A stretch of DNA of 63,938 nt, the filler included, from Piptocephalis cylindrospora (lineage: Eukaryota): assembly GCA_003614145.1 (NCBI GenBank). It is 3 parts of 3 records of this genome, joined end to end, with 100 filler letters (N's around TTAATTAATTAA, not from the genome) between each part and the next. Parts side by side here need not be neighbours in the genome. Positions count along the whole stretch, not along the records: positions 1 to 24,836 come from KZ987784.1; positions 24,937 to 49,611 come from KZ987785.1; 1 more part is not named here. One strand, given 5' to 3'. Made by a program: the position numbers and the translations under genes. This document shows positions 24,601-38,100 of this stretch, piece after piece. Under the pieces are notes generated by a model. The model had not been told where the DNA came from, searched no databases, and saw nothing but the letters and a program-made list of their open reading frames with translations. Position 1 is the first letter of the stretch. The number at the start of each line of letters is the position of its first letter.

Positions 24601-24692
24601 TCGGTCTCATCCGGAGGTTTACCTCCCAGATTCTTCAGTGTTTGGTGCTACTCCAGAAGCACCGCGTTATCCATTGTGATTTGAAGCCTGAG
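21621..24692 (+). CDS. DYRK2/Pom1-like kinase, N-terminal half (Ser-rich region, DH box, subdomains I-VIb); introns 23918-23987 and 24144-24240; probable frameshift at C9 22523-22531
   Basis: LTSYERGEILEYPHIYYIG, GYDDDQGDY, LGSGSFGKVVK, VAIKIIRNKKRF, IHCDLKPE followed by donor GTAATT at 24693. Confidence 0.88.
23826..23877 (+). repeat. (GGA)n/(GGY)n trinucleotide microsatellite encoding poly-Gly
   Basis: Directly visible run. Confidence 0.9.
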
Positions 24693-24836
24693 GTAATTGG
24701 ATTATGGTGGATGGGGGGGGGGGGGGGGGGGGGGGAGGGGGGGGGGGGGGTAGGAGTGTGGCCCCCACCTCTTTTTCTTTCTTACCAAATATATTTATTA
24801 ACACAAAACAAAAAAAAAGAATTAAATCATAATCTA

Positions 24837-24936
24837 NNNNNNNNNNNNNNNNNNNNNNNNNNNNNNNNNNNNNNNNNNNNTTAATTAATTAANNNNNNNN
24901 NNNNNNNNNNNNNNNNNNNNNNNNNNNNNNNNNNNN
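24837..24936. other. Assembly gap with TTAATTAATTAA linker
   Basis: 100-nt block of N with a six-frame stop linker at 24881-24892. Confidence 0.98.
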
Positions 24937-25284
24937 GGAGTAGAGGAGAGGGGTAAGAGAAATAGCAACCTGATTATAGAAACAAAGGGACAGCTGATCA
25001 TGGCTCATTGTAGCGCCTAGGATCCAATCAGCGATTCTACGTAAGGTAAATTCAAAAGCTGGCCTCCGGAGTTGACACGCCCCTTGAGCCAATGGTATAA
25101 TCAAGTGAGACGTACATCATGAGTCTGGATGAGTCAACGATAGCCTGCCAGAAAACTGAGTCCAGGGGATGGGTATAAAGGCCTAAGACAAGTAGAGTCT
25201 GCGCCCCATTCTCGCGCGTCAGTCCCCTTCCTACGTCGTTTCAAACCGTAAATATATCGTATAAGCACATCTTTGTCATCATCT

Positions 25285-28279
25285 ATGAGTGGCCCCAACC
25301 AGGATCTGCCCTACACTTCGTCACACGACCAGAAAACCTCGGTAGGATATGGCGAGTAGTAGCTTGGTTTTGAGCACGTCAATTCAGCGATTAAACACAA
25401 TCAATCGTCCTGTGTAGACGAGTTTCAAGGACGAGGATAGTCATAACCCATTTCCTCCCTCAACGGCCGATACGTCCAATCAACCCTCATCTCATTGCAT
25501 CCCAATTACAGCTACATCAACACCCATTCACATACCATCTTCTAGTTTACTCTCTCGAGTGGCCGGACCCAGTACTGGCAAGGCTGGGCTTGTAGAAACG
25601 GACAAGGAAAGGATTTCACGTCTAGTCTATGAGGTTTCCAAGGTAAGCGTCATTGAGGAAGGGATATCTCCCCATCTATCTTATCGATATCTAATCTCCC
25701 CTCCCCCCCCCCACAGGGATCGGCGTTTTTTGAGAACGAGGTCAAGAAGGATCAGGCCGCCAAGGCAAAAATAGACGAGATGCGCAAGCAGCACGAGCGA
25801 TACAAGCTACAAGACTCATCGTTGGCAGAACGGGAAATTGACTCTTATTGGAAGGAGCTAGAGATGACTCGAGATCTCTCTCGTACCATTGTCCATGTCG
25901 ACATGGATGCATTTTTTGCCTCTGTGGAGGAACTCCTTAACCCCAGTCTCAAGGATGTTCCTATGGCCGTGGGTTCTATGGCTATGATCTCCACGGCAAA
26001 CTATCATGCTCGAAAATTTGGTGTTCGTTCTGCCATGCCAGGTTACATTGCCAAGAAGCTGTGCCCCCAGCTCGTCTTTGCCCAGGAGCACCATACCCAA
26101 TATCGCGATTATGCAAACAAGGTTCGAGAGGTCTTTAAGCTCTTTGATCCCTATTTCATTTCCATTGGCCTTGATGAAGCTTATCTGGATCTGACGGACT
26201 ATCTCGAGGAGGAAGAGCATGTGAACATCTCACCCGATGAAGCTGTTGAGCGGCTCAGAGCCATGATTCAAAGGCAAGAGCGGGGTTTATTGTGGCTCCT
26301 TTTCTTTTGTCTTATCTCATCTCCTCTATCGATTATTCTAGTCGTACCAAGCTGACAGGTAAGGCAAAGATGTTGATGCGGTCCATTGAAGATAATGATC
26401 AAGTTCCTTTGGTATGGCTTTTAACCTTTGACCCTGGGTCCACCTCTTAATTCACTCTTAATAATAGCAAGTGCTGGGATAGCTTCAGTAACGTAAGAAA
26501 GAGTCCTGTGATAGCTATTATCTTTTTCTCTACATCTTCTCGTCTCTAAACCGCCTCCCATCACAGATGGATAGCCAAGGTCTGCTCTGATATCAACAAA
26601 CCCAACGGTAAGATCGTACATGAGCTTTCACTTTTTTTACTCTTCAACGTTTACTGAACCTTTTTGATCCCCACAGGACAATATCGCCTCCTCCCTGAGA
26701 AGGAAAAAATCATTGAATTTTGCCGAAACCTTCCCATACGAAAGGCGAATGGTAAGTCCTTTATTAGATGATAAAAATGGCATTTTCTCCACTCAATTAT
26801 CTCCGTGGACCAAGGCATCGGGAGGGTCATGGAACAAACCCTTCTCTCCATAGGTGTTACAACGTTCGGCGACGTGGTAGGTTGGCCTACTTTACTGTTG
26901 ACGCATTTGAACCCTCATCCCCATCCCTCTTCCCAGGCTATACATCGTGCTGCCCTTCGGCACCTCCTATCCAAAAAGACTTTTAACTATTTGTCCCTCC
27001 TTTACCTTGGTCTAGGATCCACTGCAGTGTCCAGGTAGGTCATGAGGGTACCTTGGAAACCTGAATGAACGTCAAAAATATTCATCCACACATCCTCCGT
27101 TTCCCCGTATGAGGGGTTAGGTCATCCAAAAGGAAAAGCATTAGCTATGAAAGGCAATTATAGTGCTTATTCATACTCCATGCTTTTTCCTTTGCTAAGA
27201 CTATGTAATCTTCACATAACTATAGGACTTTTTCTTCCATGAAAGACCCAAAGGAGCAAGTGGAAAAATTACGCGAGCTTTCCATGGAGCTGGCCTCTCA
27301 TCTTGACAAGCATAATCTCTCGGTGGGTCTTGGATGTGTACAACTACTATGGGTCCCTGTCACTCATCAATCCTCCCATTATCCTCTCTCTTCATGCTTC
27401 CTCTCAGTCAATGAACTTGTCTGTCAAGGTCAAACTTACGAATTTTCAAGTCCGAAGCCGGTCAAAGACTTTGATAATGCCTACTTACTCTCAAGAGGCC
27501 ATTTACCGGATATGTCTTCCCGTGAGTGTACCTTGACCATAGCTATATGGTTTACAATCGTCTTTTTCCACTCACATGCATGGCGATATGGATGTCCACC
27601 TAGTTGCTTCAATTCTACCAACCTGTGAATCTCCGTCTCCTAGGGGTACGTGCATCTTCCCTCCGCCCTCGACAGGGTGGCCCTACCTCTCGATCAGTAA
27701 TTAAGGTACCGTCTTTTACCTAACTATCCCCTATAACATGTGGTACCTCAATCTAACCCCATTATTCTTTTAGCTCTTGAAGGAAGGAAGTAGAAAAGAT
27801 CATGGATTGGTCTTTTCGGAAGAGCAAGCTGAAGGTCTGTCTGATTTTGGTCAAGACGTGGATTTAAGTGCGAATACCATGAGATCAATGCTGCCTGCTG
27901 AAAGTGGAGAGGAAGCCATGACTTCATCCACATATCCCTGCCCTATTTGCTCCAAAAAATTTCCCGGATCGAGTCTATACGCCATCAACAAACATCTCGA
28001 TAGATGTCTTGATCCATCACCTGACCCTGGTAGTAGTACAAGGTATAATTAGCGATTAGAGAGGCCATCTCACTAGAGATGCAGATAGGTAGGAGACTTC
28101 CATTAACAACTCTCATTGCGCCATGGAGGATGAATAGGCTTTTATCCGGAGGCAGTACTTCCAGAGCAAGCAGAGGGAAAAGACGTAAAGGGAGGCCCGT
28201 GCCTCCTGGTGAAACCAAGCCCAAATCCAAAAAGGTGAAACACACGTCCTCAGGAATCAAGGAGTATTTTAGGCCATGA
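25285..28279 (+). CDS. POLK: Y-family DNA polymerase kappa (DinB-like), about 13-14 introns
   Basis: AGPSTGKAG, IVHVDMDAFFASVE, STANYHARKFGVRSAMPGYIA, LDEAYLD, spliced LTASAGIA..AKVCSDINKPNG, RKSISYERTF, UBZ finger CPIC..NKHLDRC, C-terminal PIP-like IKEYF. Confidence 0.95.
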
Positions 28280-30169
28280 TAACGATAGGAGCAAACCCCC
28301 ACCCAAAGGATGGAATATGAGTTTTTACAACCTTGAATGTACGTTTGTATGAGAGCAGAGCTCAGGCTACGGTTTTCTTGATTACAAATACACATGGCCT
28401 TTTCCCTCTTTTATTGTCGGACTCCTGCAATAATGACATTGATAGTGGAAACAATAACAACAACAATAGCAATAGCAATAGCAATAAAGAAATCCTTGGT
28501 TTAGCATACCTTATATCGTCTCTCGCTACTTGACCTATAGGACCGGAGAGGATGGCTATTTTTAAAGCTCAATGAGTGTAAGGAAACCACACTCTTTACT
28601 AAATAAATACTGTGGCGTACATAACTAATAGACAAGCTGGACATCATCAAAGAGAAGCACTGATGCACGTCCTAAACCCACTTACGCTCTAAAGCTCACT
28701 CGAACTCCAGCCTGGAGGGTCTAACCTAAAAATCCAGCAAGTCAGAAGTTCCCAGCGAGAGCGAAGACTGGGTTCTAATCCAATGAGATCACACCATCCT
28801 AGATTTGGTAGCCAGATGATAAAGTAGGAGAGAACGTAGCATCTTGATCAAATTCAACGATGTGTCAGGGGGAAAAATCAATCGAGCACAGGCTGTATTG
28901 ATGGAGCCTTTAAATAGTCTGCATAGCCCCAAGACCCAGGAAGATGTGATGGAATTGTGAGGATATTCTAGCCTCCTTGAAATTGATTTACGAACACTTG
29001 AAAAGGGGATCATTTGGATTTTCTCCAATACATCATCACTATTTATGATGATTGTCATGCAAGAACCACCCGAAAACAGGAAAAGGATGATGGGATTCAT
29101 GGAAGCGCTCCCTCTATGATGATGTAAAAGTGGGACAGGGGATATGGGTTTGTTAATTCACTTGAACAGATGGGCAATGAAAGACCTGTGAGGAGCGTCC
29201 AGGCCAGGAAATGCAACTGAAGGATGTCAAGTTTAAGAGAAGGAGAAGGTGAAGAAGAGCATGAAACGCGACTCCTCTTTCCTTTAGAGAGCCCTGTCCT
29301 CAACACCTCGTAGTATCTCCCTTTGCCTCATACTCACACATATTCGTCCTCATCTGGGTTTGTTGTTGAGAGGGTTGGTCAGCTCGACCTTCCAAGAGAA
29401 ATACATTCTTGACATTGTCCTCCTCTTGATGTACATTCATTGGGTTCATCCTCTTGTCAGCCATAGCGGATCACCCTCAGTAATACGAGCTATTTGAGTA
29501 TGGAACCGTCCTACGGCGCCACCTCATTGAGAATGGTCCTGGGATGATAGGCTGAGGAGAGGTCATTGAAACTGAGCTGGCTAGTGCCTCAGAGCTCACT
29601 CTATTGATGAGGGAGGGAGGGAGGGAGGGGTAAGGTTAAATGCTATCGAGTAGCTCCTAAAAACCCACCATGCCTGGAAAGAAAGGAGAGAATCGGTTGG
29701 CCATTCAGGTGCGGAAAGGGACAAGATTGTTCACCCCTGATACTACGTGATGAAGCGACGCGTTTCCTTACTGGCTCAAGAGAGGATAGGCGGACTTTAC
29801 ATTGTTTCAACATTCTAAAAGAGGTAAAGTTGGCGGTGTGTATCACCAGTCCTCGAACTAAGCCTCGAAGTGCCTTACGGTGATAGATATTGAGAACAAC
29901 GATAGACCCTTTGCTCTATAAGCCATTACAGATGATTATGGAACATTCTAAAGAACCCATCCTTTTCATGTATTCGTCCCTGGATATACGCGGACGGAAG
30001 AGTGGATTAGAACTGGCCTTTGGGGGATTAGAAGGTATAAATACAGAGGGTAATGAGATTCCAAGAAACCACCCTCCCTTGCCCCCTCATCCAATCTACC
30101 CAATTCAACCCCACCCATCCAGCTGGCCTGTTTTCTCACCCTCACCATTATCATATCAATTCGTTCAAC

Positions 30170-30469
30170 ATGCGTCTCGCCACCCGTACTCTGACCACCT
30201 TTGTCCTCGTCGGCATCTGCCTGGCCGCCTTTACCGTTGCCTCCCCTATTCCAGGAGATGACGGAGTCACCTCCGGAGGCTCTGGGAGCACTGGTGACAA
30301 TGAAGGCTCTGGAGAATCTGGAAATACAGATAAGGAAATTATTGAATGGGCGAGGAAGCAGAAGGAGCAGAAGGATGCGGATGATGCGGCCAAGGCGGCA
30401 GACGAGGCGCTCATGAGGGATCCTTGCCACGGAACCCCATGCATAACAAACCCAGGCCCAATCAACTAA
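30170..30469 (+). CDS. Small secreted protein (99 aa), effector-like
   Basis: Signal peptide MRLATRTLTTFVLVGICLAAFTVA then SPIP; TATAAATA at about 30036-30043. Confidence 0.75.
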   Translation: MRLATRTLTTFVLVGICLAAFTVASPIPGDDGVTSGGSGSTGDNEGSGESGNTDKEIIEWARKQKEQKDADDAAKAADEALMRDPCHGTPCITNPGPIN

Positions 30470-31319
30470 AATGCATCAAAAGTCACCCATGATGAATTAT
30501 GCGGGACAACTCCATTTCACTCTCTCTTGTGGAGGCGTTGGTCTAGTTGTATAGATTCATCGACCGATGAAGCGAGCAGACGTAGATTCAAGCCCTCGTC
30601 CTGTGTCCCACATTTACCTTGCCCTATCCTCTCAGCCTGGTACGACTGAGAGCTATGATCCTCAGTACTTTTCGGCGTATGTATTGTGTTGTATGTTGCC
30701 TCCTGCACTAGTACTACGGCAATTTGCGTAGTATAAGGTGTATGCCTGAAAAACATTCAGGACAGTAATAAAGAATGCCCCTTTTCTCTCTCCATTTCAC
30801 CCTCTTTGTAGGCAATAAGTTCATGATGTGGTGGAAGCGGTGGGGATGGTGGAGGAAGATCCTGGTCTCCGCGGCAGTCCAACTATAGCGTATTAAAGAT
30901 TGTGTGATACTGCTTCTGTATGCATCCCAGTACTGAAAGCTAGTAGATATGGGTCATCTCGTGTACTCAGATTCTCTTACGAAACACCACGGTTTATTGA
31001 TCTTTCCTCCAATTTTTGACTCGAGTTCGTGTGAGAGGAGTGTCTAATGGGATAGGATGAAAGGTGCCACGCACCCACATAACCATACTTCTCGTAGCCT
31101 AGCCGTCTAATCTTCTTCCTTTAGGTTCGACTCCGAGCGTGTTATCCCTCCCTTGCACTAGGTCAAGTTCAAGAGCCCCAATGGCACCGTCTCCACTGCT
31201 GGCCACCATCTTCCTTGTGGATCCCATGGTCATCTACCTCGAGAGGGGGTGCGCTAATGGTTTTCTGTAATGTCCATCCAAAAAACTATAATACAGGGCA
31301 CACGTCGGGAACACTGTTT

Positions 31320-31430
31320 CTGGTACCACGCAGGCCGGTCAAATGAGGCGGGTTATGTGTTCGGATGCCTTTAGCGCCTACCCCACTAAGGGAAAATAAA
31401 ATGATTTCAATAATAAGTCATCATCGATTC
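31320..31430 (+). repeat. Copy of a dispersed intergenic repeat family
   Basis: TGGTACCAC..AGGCGGG..GTTCGGATGC..GCCTACCCCACTAAGGGAAAATAAAATGATTT, related to sequence at about 48244, 55072 and 55143. Confidence 0.7.
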
Positions 31431-32330
31431 GTCAGGACCAAAAGCCTTTAGCATTATGATAGCCAGATGTTAATAATCGGATAAACAGACCTACGTCCAT
31501 TAAGTATTAAACCTCTCTCCAGAACATGCCCATAATTCAGCATTTCCATGCATTCAACTCCCCTATCAAATCTAATCGAATCAATATGTATTTAGATTAG
31601 AGAATACACGTCCATCGTTACCTCTCTATCCCATCATACACCCATCATCAATTTCCGCTACTACGATCATTGAAGCCAAAGTATCTCATCACCAAGTAAG
31701 TTGCCCGGAGATAAATTCACTTCACAGTGTTTACCTTCAAAAGGCGTATTATCGTATGCATGAAAGCAAGACGTGTGAACCCAAAGTATCCGTAGGTGAT
31801 CTTTTTAAGCACCCTCTTCAACCAAAAGAAATCCGTGACGAGTGTAACTTCTGGAGGTTAGCCCTGCATAGAAAAGGTGGTTCTATTGAACAGTACTGTC
31901 AGCCAGACGGTAGTGGATACTAACATGTTGGCCTTTGAATATCGATAGGGGACCGGAAGAGGGAATAAACGCACATGTCGCATTCATTTCAAGTCCTGTA
32001 TAGAACCAGCAAGAACACAGCAGCTGTATAATAAGGAACACGTCCTCAACAGCCGTTCATCCACATTCTGCGCGCGCCTTAATTACCCACACCATTGCAG
32101 CTCTCACTTCACATACCGCCTCCGGGAAGTCCGCATCGTCGTGCTGACGAGCACTCCCCTCACACTCGGTGTGATGGGACTCATGAAGCGGATGTCGGCT
32201 TGGGGTGGGAGAAGGTTCGAGTGAACGTACGCTTACCTTCCTTCCCAACTCCCCAATCTCTCTTCCCCTCTCCTCTTTCTTCTCTGATCTTTCCCACCCC
32301 TCTCCTCATAACTACTCTTATTCCTGAACC

Positions 32331-34009
32331 ATGGCTGACGACGGTACGCTCAAGAAGCCCGCCAAGGACTTTACCGCCCAGTGCGATGCCCTTCTCCCTG
32401 AAACCGAGAGCATTGCCAAAGTAAGCTGATCGTTCGGAAAACAATGGATCCTGCTTTAACAATATACTTACATTCCCTTTCTTTCTGGATGATCTTGTGT
32501 ACGAATAGAAGGGAGACCTTCGGGATGCCATTGACAAACTGGCCCTGTTAGAGAAGCAGACTCGTACGGTAAGTGGTTGATCATGATCCGGATCTTATAG
32601 GGTAAATCCGCAGTTCCTGATGGCCCTATATTCATTGGATCCACTGTATCTCTCCTCTCCCCTCTTAGTCCGGAGACCTTGCTTCCACTTCTCGTATACT
32701 CGTTCACATTGTCAATCTGTGTGCCTCCACGGGTCAGTGGGACACGCTGGGAGAGCAAGTTGTCGTTTTGTCCAAGAAGCATGGACAGCTCAAACAGGCC
32801 ATTACCCGCATGGTCCAGGAGGCGATGACCTACTTGGACAAGGCCCCCGATGCCTCCACCCGACTTGCCCTCATCAACACCCTAGTCAGCGTCACCGAGG
32901 GAAAGATCTTTGTTGAAGTGGAGCGCGCCAGGCTTACTCGTCTTTTGGCCAAGGATAAGGAGGAGACTGGGGATGTTGCTGGAGCTTCGGATATTCTTCA
33001 GGAACTTCAGGTAAGATTGGTTTCGGAGTGATCAGGTATAAGTTAATGGAAAGGCTTCCCATTCAACCATTCCTCCCATCCGTTAGGTTGAGACCTTTGG
33101 AAGCATGGAACGGAGGGAAAAGACCGACTTTCTCCTGGAGCAGGTGCGTCTTTGCATCGCCAAGGAGGACTATACCAAAGCCCAGATCATCTCCAAGAAG
33201 ATCAACATCCGGTATTTTAAAGAATCCAATACCTCAGATCTTAAGCTTCGGTACTACGATCTGATGATTCAGTACGCCATGCACTCTGAGTCTTTCCTCG
33301 AGGTCTGCCGGTACTACTGGGAGGTGTACAATACCGAGGAAGTGAAGAAAGACGAGGAAAAACTCAAAGAGGTAAGTTGGGGAAGGAATGATGACGTCTT
33401 CCCTGGTCTCTTTTACCATTGCCCTTACCCAATCCTTACTAGGTCCTACAAAACATGGTCATCTTTGTCGTCTTGGCCAAGCACGACAATGAGCAATCTG
33501 ATCTTCTTCACCGTATCTTCCTTGATTCCAACCTCCGTCATCTACCCCGATACAAGGAGTTGATCCGGAGCTTCACCACCGTCGAGATTATGCGGTGGCC
33601 CAAGGTCCGGGAAGTGTATGGGCCCACCCTGCGGGGAACCCCAGTCTTCACTGTTGAAAGTCCTGGAGGAATGAAGCGGTGGGGTGAGCTGCAAAAGCGC
33701 GTAGTCGAGCATAACCTTCGGGTTGTCGCTCGTTTCTACACGCGTATTCAGATTTCCAGACTTTCCCAGCTTCTGGATCTGGAGGCCGATGAGGCCGAGG
33801 AGACCCTATGCCGTCTTGTTGTGGATGGGAGCATATGGGCCAGGGTGGACCGTCTGACCGGGATCATTACGTTCCAGAAGAAGCAGGATGCCACCGAGCT
33901 CCTCAATCAGTGGTCCGGGGATATTGACTCGCTCATCTCCAAGGTTGAAACCGTGACGCATTTGATCAACAAGGAGGAGATGGTCCATCGGATCTCCACT
34001 TATGTTTGA
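32331..34009 (+). CDS. RPN5: 26S proteasome lid subunit Rpn5/PSMD12 (multi-exon)
   Basis: LEKQTR, LSKKHGQLKQAI, VTEGKIFVEVERARLT, VETFGSMERREK, RVVEHNLRVVA, HLINKEEM. Confidence 0.97.
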
Positions 34010-35112
34010 GCGGAGATCTTCTTTATTGGGCGGGGAGGCAAACAAGATGGGGCTGGAAATGAATTTGCGTGATGTAGTGATGAAGGCTCCAAAGATTGTT
34101 TCCATGAATCTTCCTTTTTCATTCCATAAACCCAATCTCATACTCCAGAAAGTGATATAATCAACTTGGGCTCTAAGCAGTGTGCTTTGCATGTCCCCAA
34201 AGGCAGCACGCCTCTGTTCTGGTCATGGCACACTCGAGTCGAACTGCATAACCCTAAGGAAAACACTATATTTGGGATTCTTTCATGGATGAAGAGATGG
34301 ACGTGGTTGACTTGGGCCATCCACTAGCTAGTCAATTCACGGAACCGTTCGGCATACTGTGTTTATCGTTGTAGGGTAAATGATGCCCATACATCGGAAG
34401 AACGGGGTGTCTTTCAGAGGAGAAGGTGTGTGATGTATGTGTGCATATGTTTGCAAGAAAGCATCAGATCCCAGGTAATTCTAAAGCAGTCTTCCTCACC
34501 AGGACGACAGAGATAATGGGATTGGGTGGCTTGAAGTGTAAGGGTATATTATAGTCTTGAGGAAGTAAGCTAAGATTTCATTCACTCTTAATGGTACGTC
34601 CCGGAACCATGAATGGTGCCGTACCAACCAAATAGTCCAGAGTTATCCTAGGAACAGGCTACATCTCTGCAGCTGGACCTGTGAAACTAAACAGTAGGAA
34701 GAGGAGGGAAAGAAAGTATGGGGAAACCGTACCATAAAGAGAGGTGTAGGCCCGGCCAGATTATGCGTATCATGCCTAGGTGGATCCTCAAGATTCCCCT
34801 TAATGGGGGGACATGTCAGAAAAAGATGGGAGTAGATGTGCTTGTTCATCGCCTTGTTGACATTTCTAGGCTGAGTGACCTACGACGCGCGGTCTCCACC
34901 ACTACACATCCTGTCATCTCCGCCTATCTGTCACTGCCACGTCCATCTCCAGCACCTTCCTCTGGCCTGTCCCTCCTTCCTTCCGCACCCTTTCTTGACC
35001 TAGTGTGTTCTTGATCCACACAGCATCCTTCACATCCTTTTCCCTTCTCTTCTCTCTCTCTAAGTTTCAAAAAGGCGCGAGCGTCCCCTTGTCCAACCCA
35101 TCCTTGTCCCCC

Positions 35113-38100
35113 ATGCCCTTGAAATCCCCAGGACAACAGGGCGGAAGATCAAAAAAAGTAGGCTCCTCACCGAGTATCTCGGGAAATCGGGCGGGAGAGG
35201 AGGGGTACGACGACGTTTACATCCCGCTGAATGACGATGCTGCGGAAAAGACGGAACGTCGTAGGTCCGGAGGAACATCTGGGCGCCGACGATCCGGATT
35301 AGGCCTCCATGCCCCAAAAACTCGAGCTGTCATTGGCTCTGGAGGGGAAGGGCACGCGGATAGTCTGTATGGCAAGGGCCCCCTGACCCAAGTGCTCTCC
35401 CCCGAGGAGCTCAATCGACAGTATGAGGAGTGGATGAAGATTGCTGCTGATAACGTGAGTAGTGCTTTTATGAGGATGGCTCTTATCTTTCCCTGGCAAC
35501 TGACTCAAACCTCTGGTATATCCAACCCGTTGGCATTTTAAAGAAAATTAATGCCAATAACACCTGGGATGTAGCGTTGATCGATGTGTTCCACAACATG
35601 ACTCTTCTTCGGGAGGGAGACTCAATCAACTTTCAAAAGGCTTCATGCACCCTGGATGGATGTGTGAAGATTTATACCTCTAGGGTAGATTCCTTTGCTA
35701 GTGAGACTGGGCGCCTTCTCAGCGGTCTAAGTGATGCCAATCGTACGTCTTCATTGGGGACATGAGGGATCATGGAGCGACTACTCAAAACTAACACCAT
35801 TGGCATCATCACTCAGGCCAGGGAAGTCGACGGAATCGCATGGCTGATGAGGATGAGGAGGGAGAGGGGGATAATGAGGATGGAGAGGGAGGGGATGGTA
35901 GTGGGGGAAAAGGGGGAAGGAGACGTAGGGCTAGGGTGAGTGATGCTTTTTCTTGATTGAAAGGACGACACAGGATGTCTACATCTTAGCCAACTATCCA
36001 TTCTATTCCTACAGGCCGCAAGGGGAGACACGACATTGGAGAAGAATTTCGATCGGATTACGCTTAAAAAGTATGACTTGGAATTTTCTGTGGACCCACT
36101 CTTCCAAAAGACTTCGGCAGATTTTGATGAGGGTGGTGCCAGGGGTCTTCTCCTCAATCACCTCTCTACTCACGGGGATCTCCGTATCGTTTTTGACGCC
36201 GGAGATGTTGCAGCAACACTTGGGGATGAGCCAGTGGAGGAGGAGGAAAAGGTTAATCAAGCCCCTGTAGATCCAGAGCATGCCGAGCCTGCTATTGTGG
36301 CATGCAATGAAGAGACAGAAAATGAAGAGAAGGATGGGAATACGGAGGAGGAAAAAGATGAGAATGGAGATGAGATGGAGAAGGAAGATGATGATGATGA
36401 TGACAATGACAATGGGATGGAAAAGGAAGATGACGATGAGATGGAGAAGGAGGATGACGATGAGGGAGATGAGAAAGAAAAGGAGGGGGACACAGAAATG
36501 GCCGAAGCAGGTGGAGTAGACGAAAAAGTCAAGGAGAAAACGCAAAAGGAAGAGGAAGAAGAGGAGGAGAATGTGGATCCATGGACAGGAAAAAGTATTC
36601 GGATTGATGGAGAGACATTCCGGGATCCACGGACCATCATGATGGATGTATCTAGGTTGCAGCAAAAGTTCATCCCCTCCATGACGACTTTTGAATCAGG
36701 AAAACTGTGTGCCCCGCTTGCGAATTTTACATTCACCACGGACTCAACCTTTGATACAGCCTTCCTGAAGGCGTTACTGGAAGAGGATGCGGCTGAGCCC
36801 GAGGGACGGGCCGAAGCATCCGAGGGGATTGAGGCATTTTTCGGATCGGATAATGAATTGGACGATCTCTTGGGCGATGGGGCCCTGGGGGATGAGGAGG
36901 AGGGACAAAGTCCTGAAGGGATGGGGGGGAGTGAGATACCTGAAGGTGTGGAGGATGCCGAAGAGGAGCCCACACGTCCGCAAGGACCTCATTTTACGAT
37001 GAATGACCTAGTCCTCTCGATGGTGAATAACACGGATGACCTGTGTTCCTACTTTGACGCTTCCCTCACAAAGAATTGGGCAGGCCCTGAGCACTGGAGA
37101 CTCGTTCGGCCCAACTCTGGATCTTCCGGTTCCAAGGGTAGGCTTTTAGAGATGAAAGGGAGAATACGTCCAAGTGTAGGACGACTGACCCCATTTTTTC
37201 ACTTTCCTCCTACAATCTAGGCACAGAAGGAGGAGGCAATGAGGGAGGAGGGGGAACAAGGGATGGGGAGGGAACAGGGGGAAAGGGTAAAAAGCCCAGA
37301 GAAGTTTTTCTCCTGGATTTTTCCGAGGATGGGGAGGACGTGTCGACTGATGTGCTGTTTGCCAAGAGTACAGTTACGATGAACCTTCCAAAGTCACAGC
37401 TCCGATCGGCTGGGGAGCACCTTCTTCCCGAGGATCTGCACTTTACTACCAAGGATTTTTTTAGCCTATTCCTCAAGCAAACAGTCATGGTGTGTTGCTG
37501 GAATGTTGGGAGTATGCCACTCCAGAGACTCATTCTTACTAATCTCCTCTATGCAGGTTACATCCCGTGGACGTCGATGGATCGATGATCCAACGGCCAT
37601 TGTTACCCGAGGTAAGGAGGAGGAGAGGGACGGTAATGGCGATGTGGGTCACAGCCTTACCTTTTTCATCCCTTTTTTAAAAATCGTGATAGAGGAGGCC
37701 GAGACATTGGCACAATCGGAAAGTGGATGGGAGCCCCAGGAGGATCAAGGGTTAACGGAGGATGAGGGAGATGGATATAATGATGGGATGATGATGGAGA
37801 GTGATAGTATGTCCATCCAGCCCTCCAGTGGTGTTGAGGCATCTGAGGATGGTAAGTGAAAAGTGGGTTGTAAATCACCGTCGATTTAGAATGTGATGAG
37901 CTCTTACATTTCCTCTCCCCAGTCGGAAACTTTACAGTGGCAGACAACTCTCGATTCTTCCATGAGGAAGATGAAGTGGATGACTTTGCGGAACTTGTGG
38001 CTGAAACCCGCAAGGTCAAACCGATCCAGATCAGCTTTGCCAAGACGGCCAAGCGAGTGGATGTCCGGCTATTGAAAGAGAACATCTGGTCCGAGATGTC

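Noticed and set aside
24881..24892. TTAATTAATTAA palindromic motif (also 49656-49667)
   Set aside because: Artificial linker inside N gaps.
28789..29640. Broken minus-strand ORFs, possible pseudogene
   Set aside because: No identifiable homology; cannot be supported as a feature.
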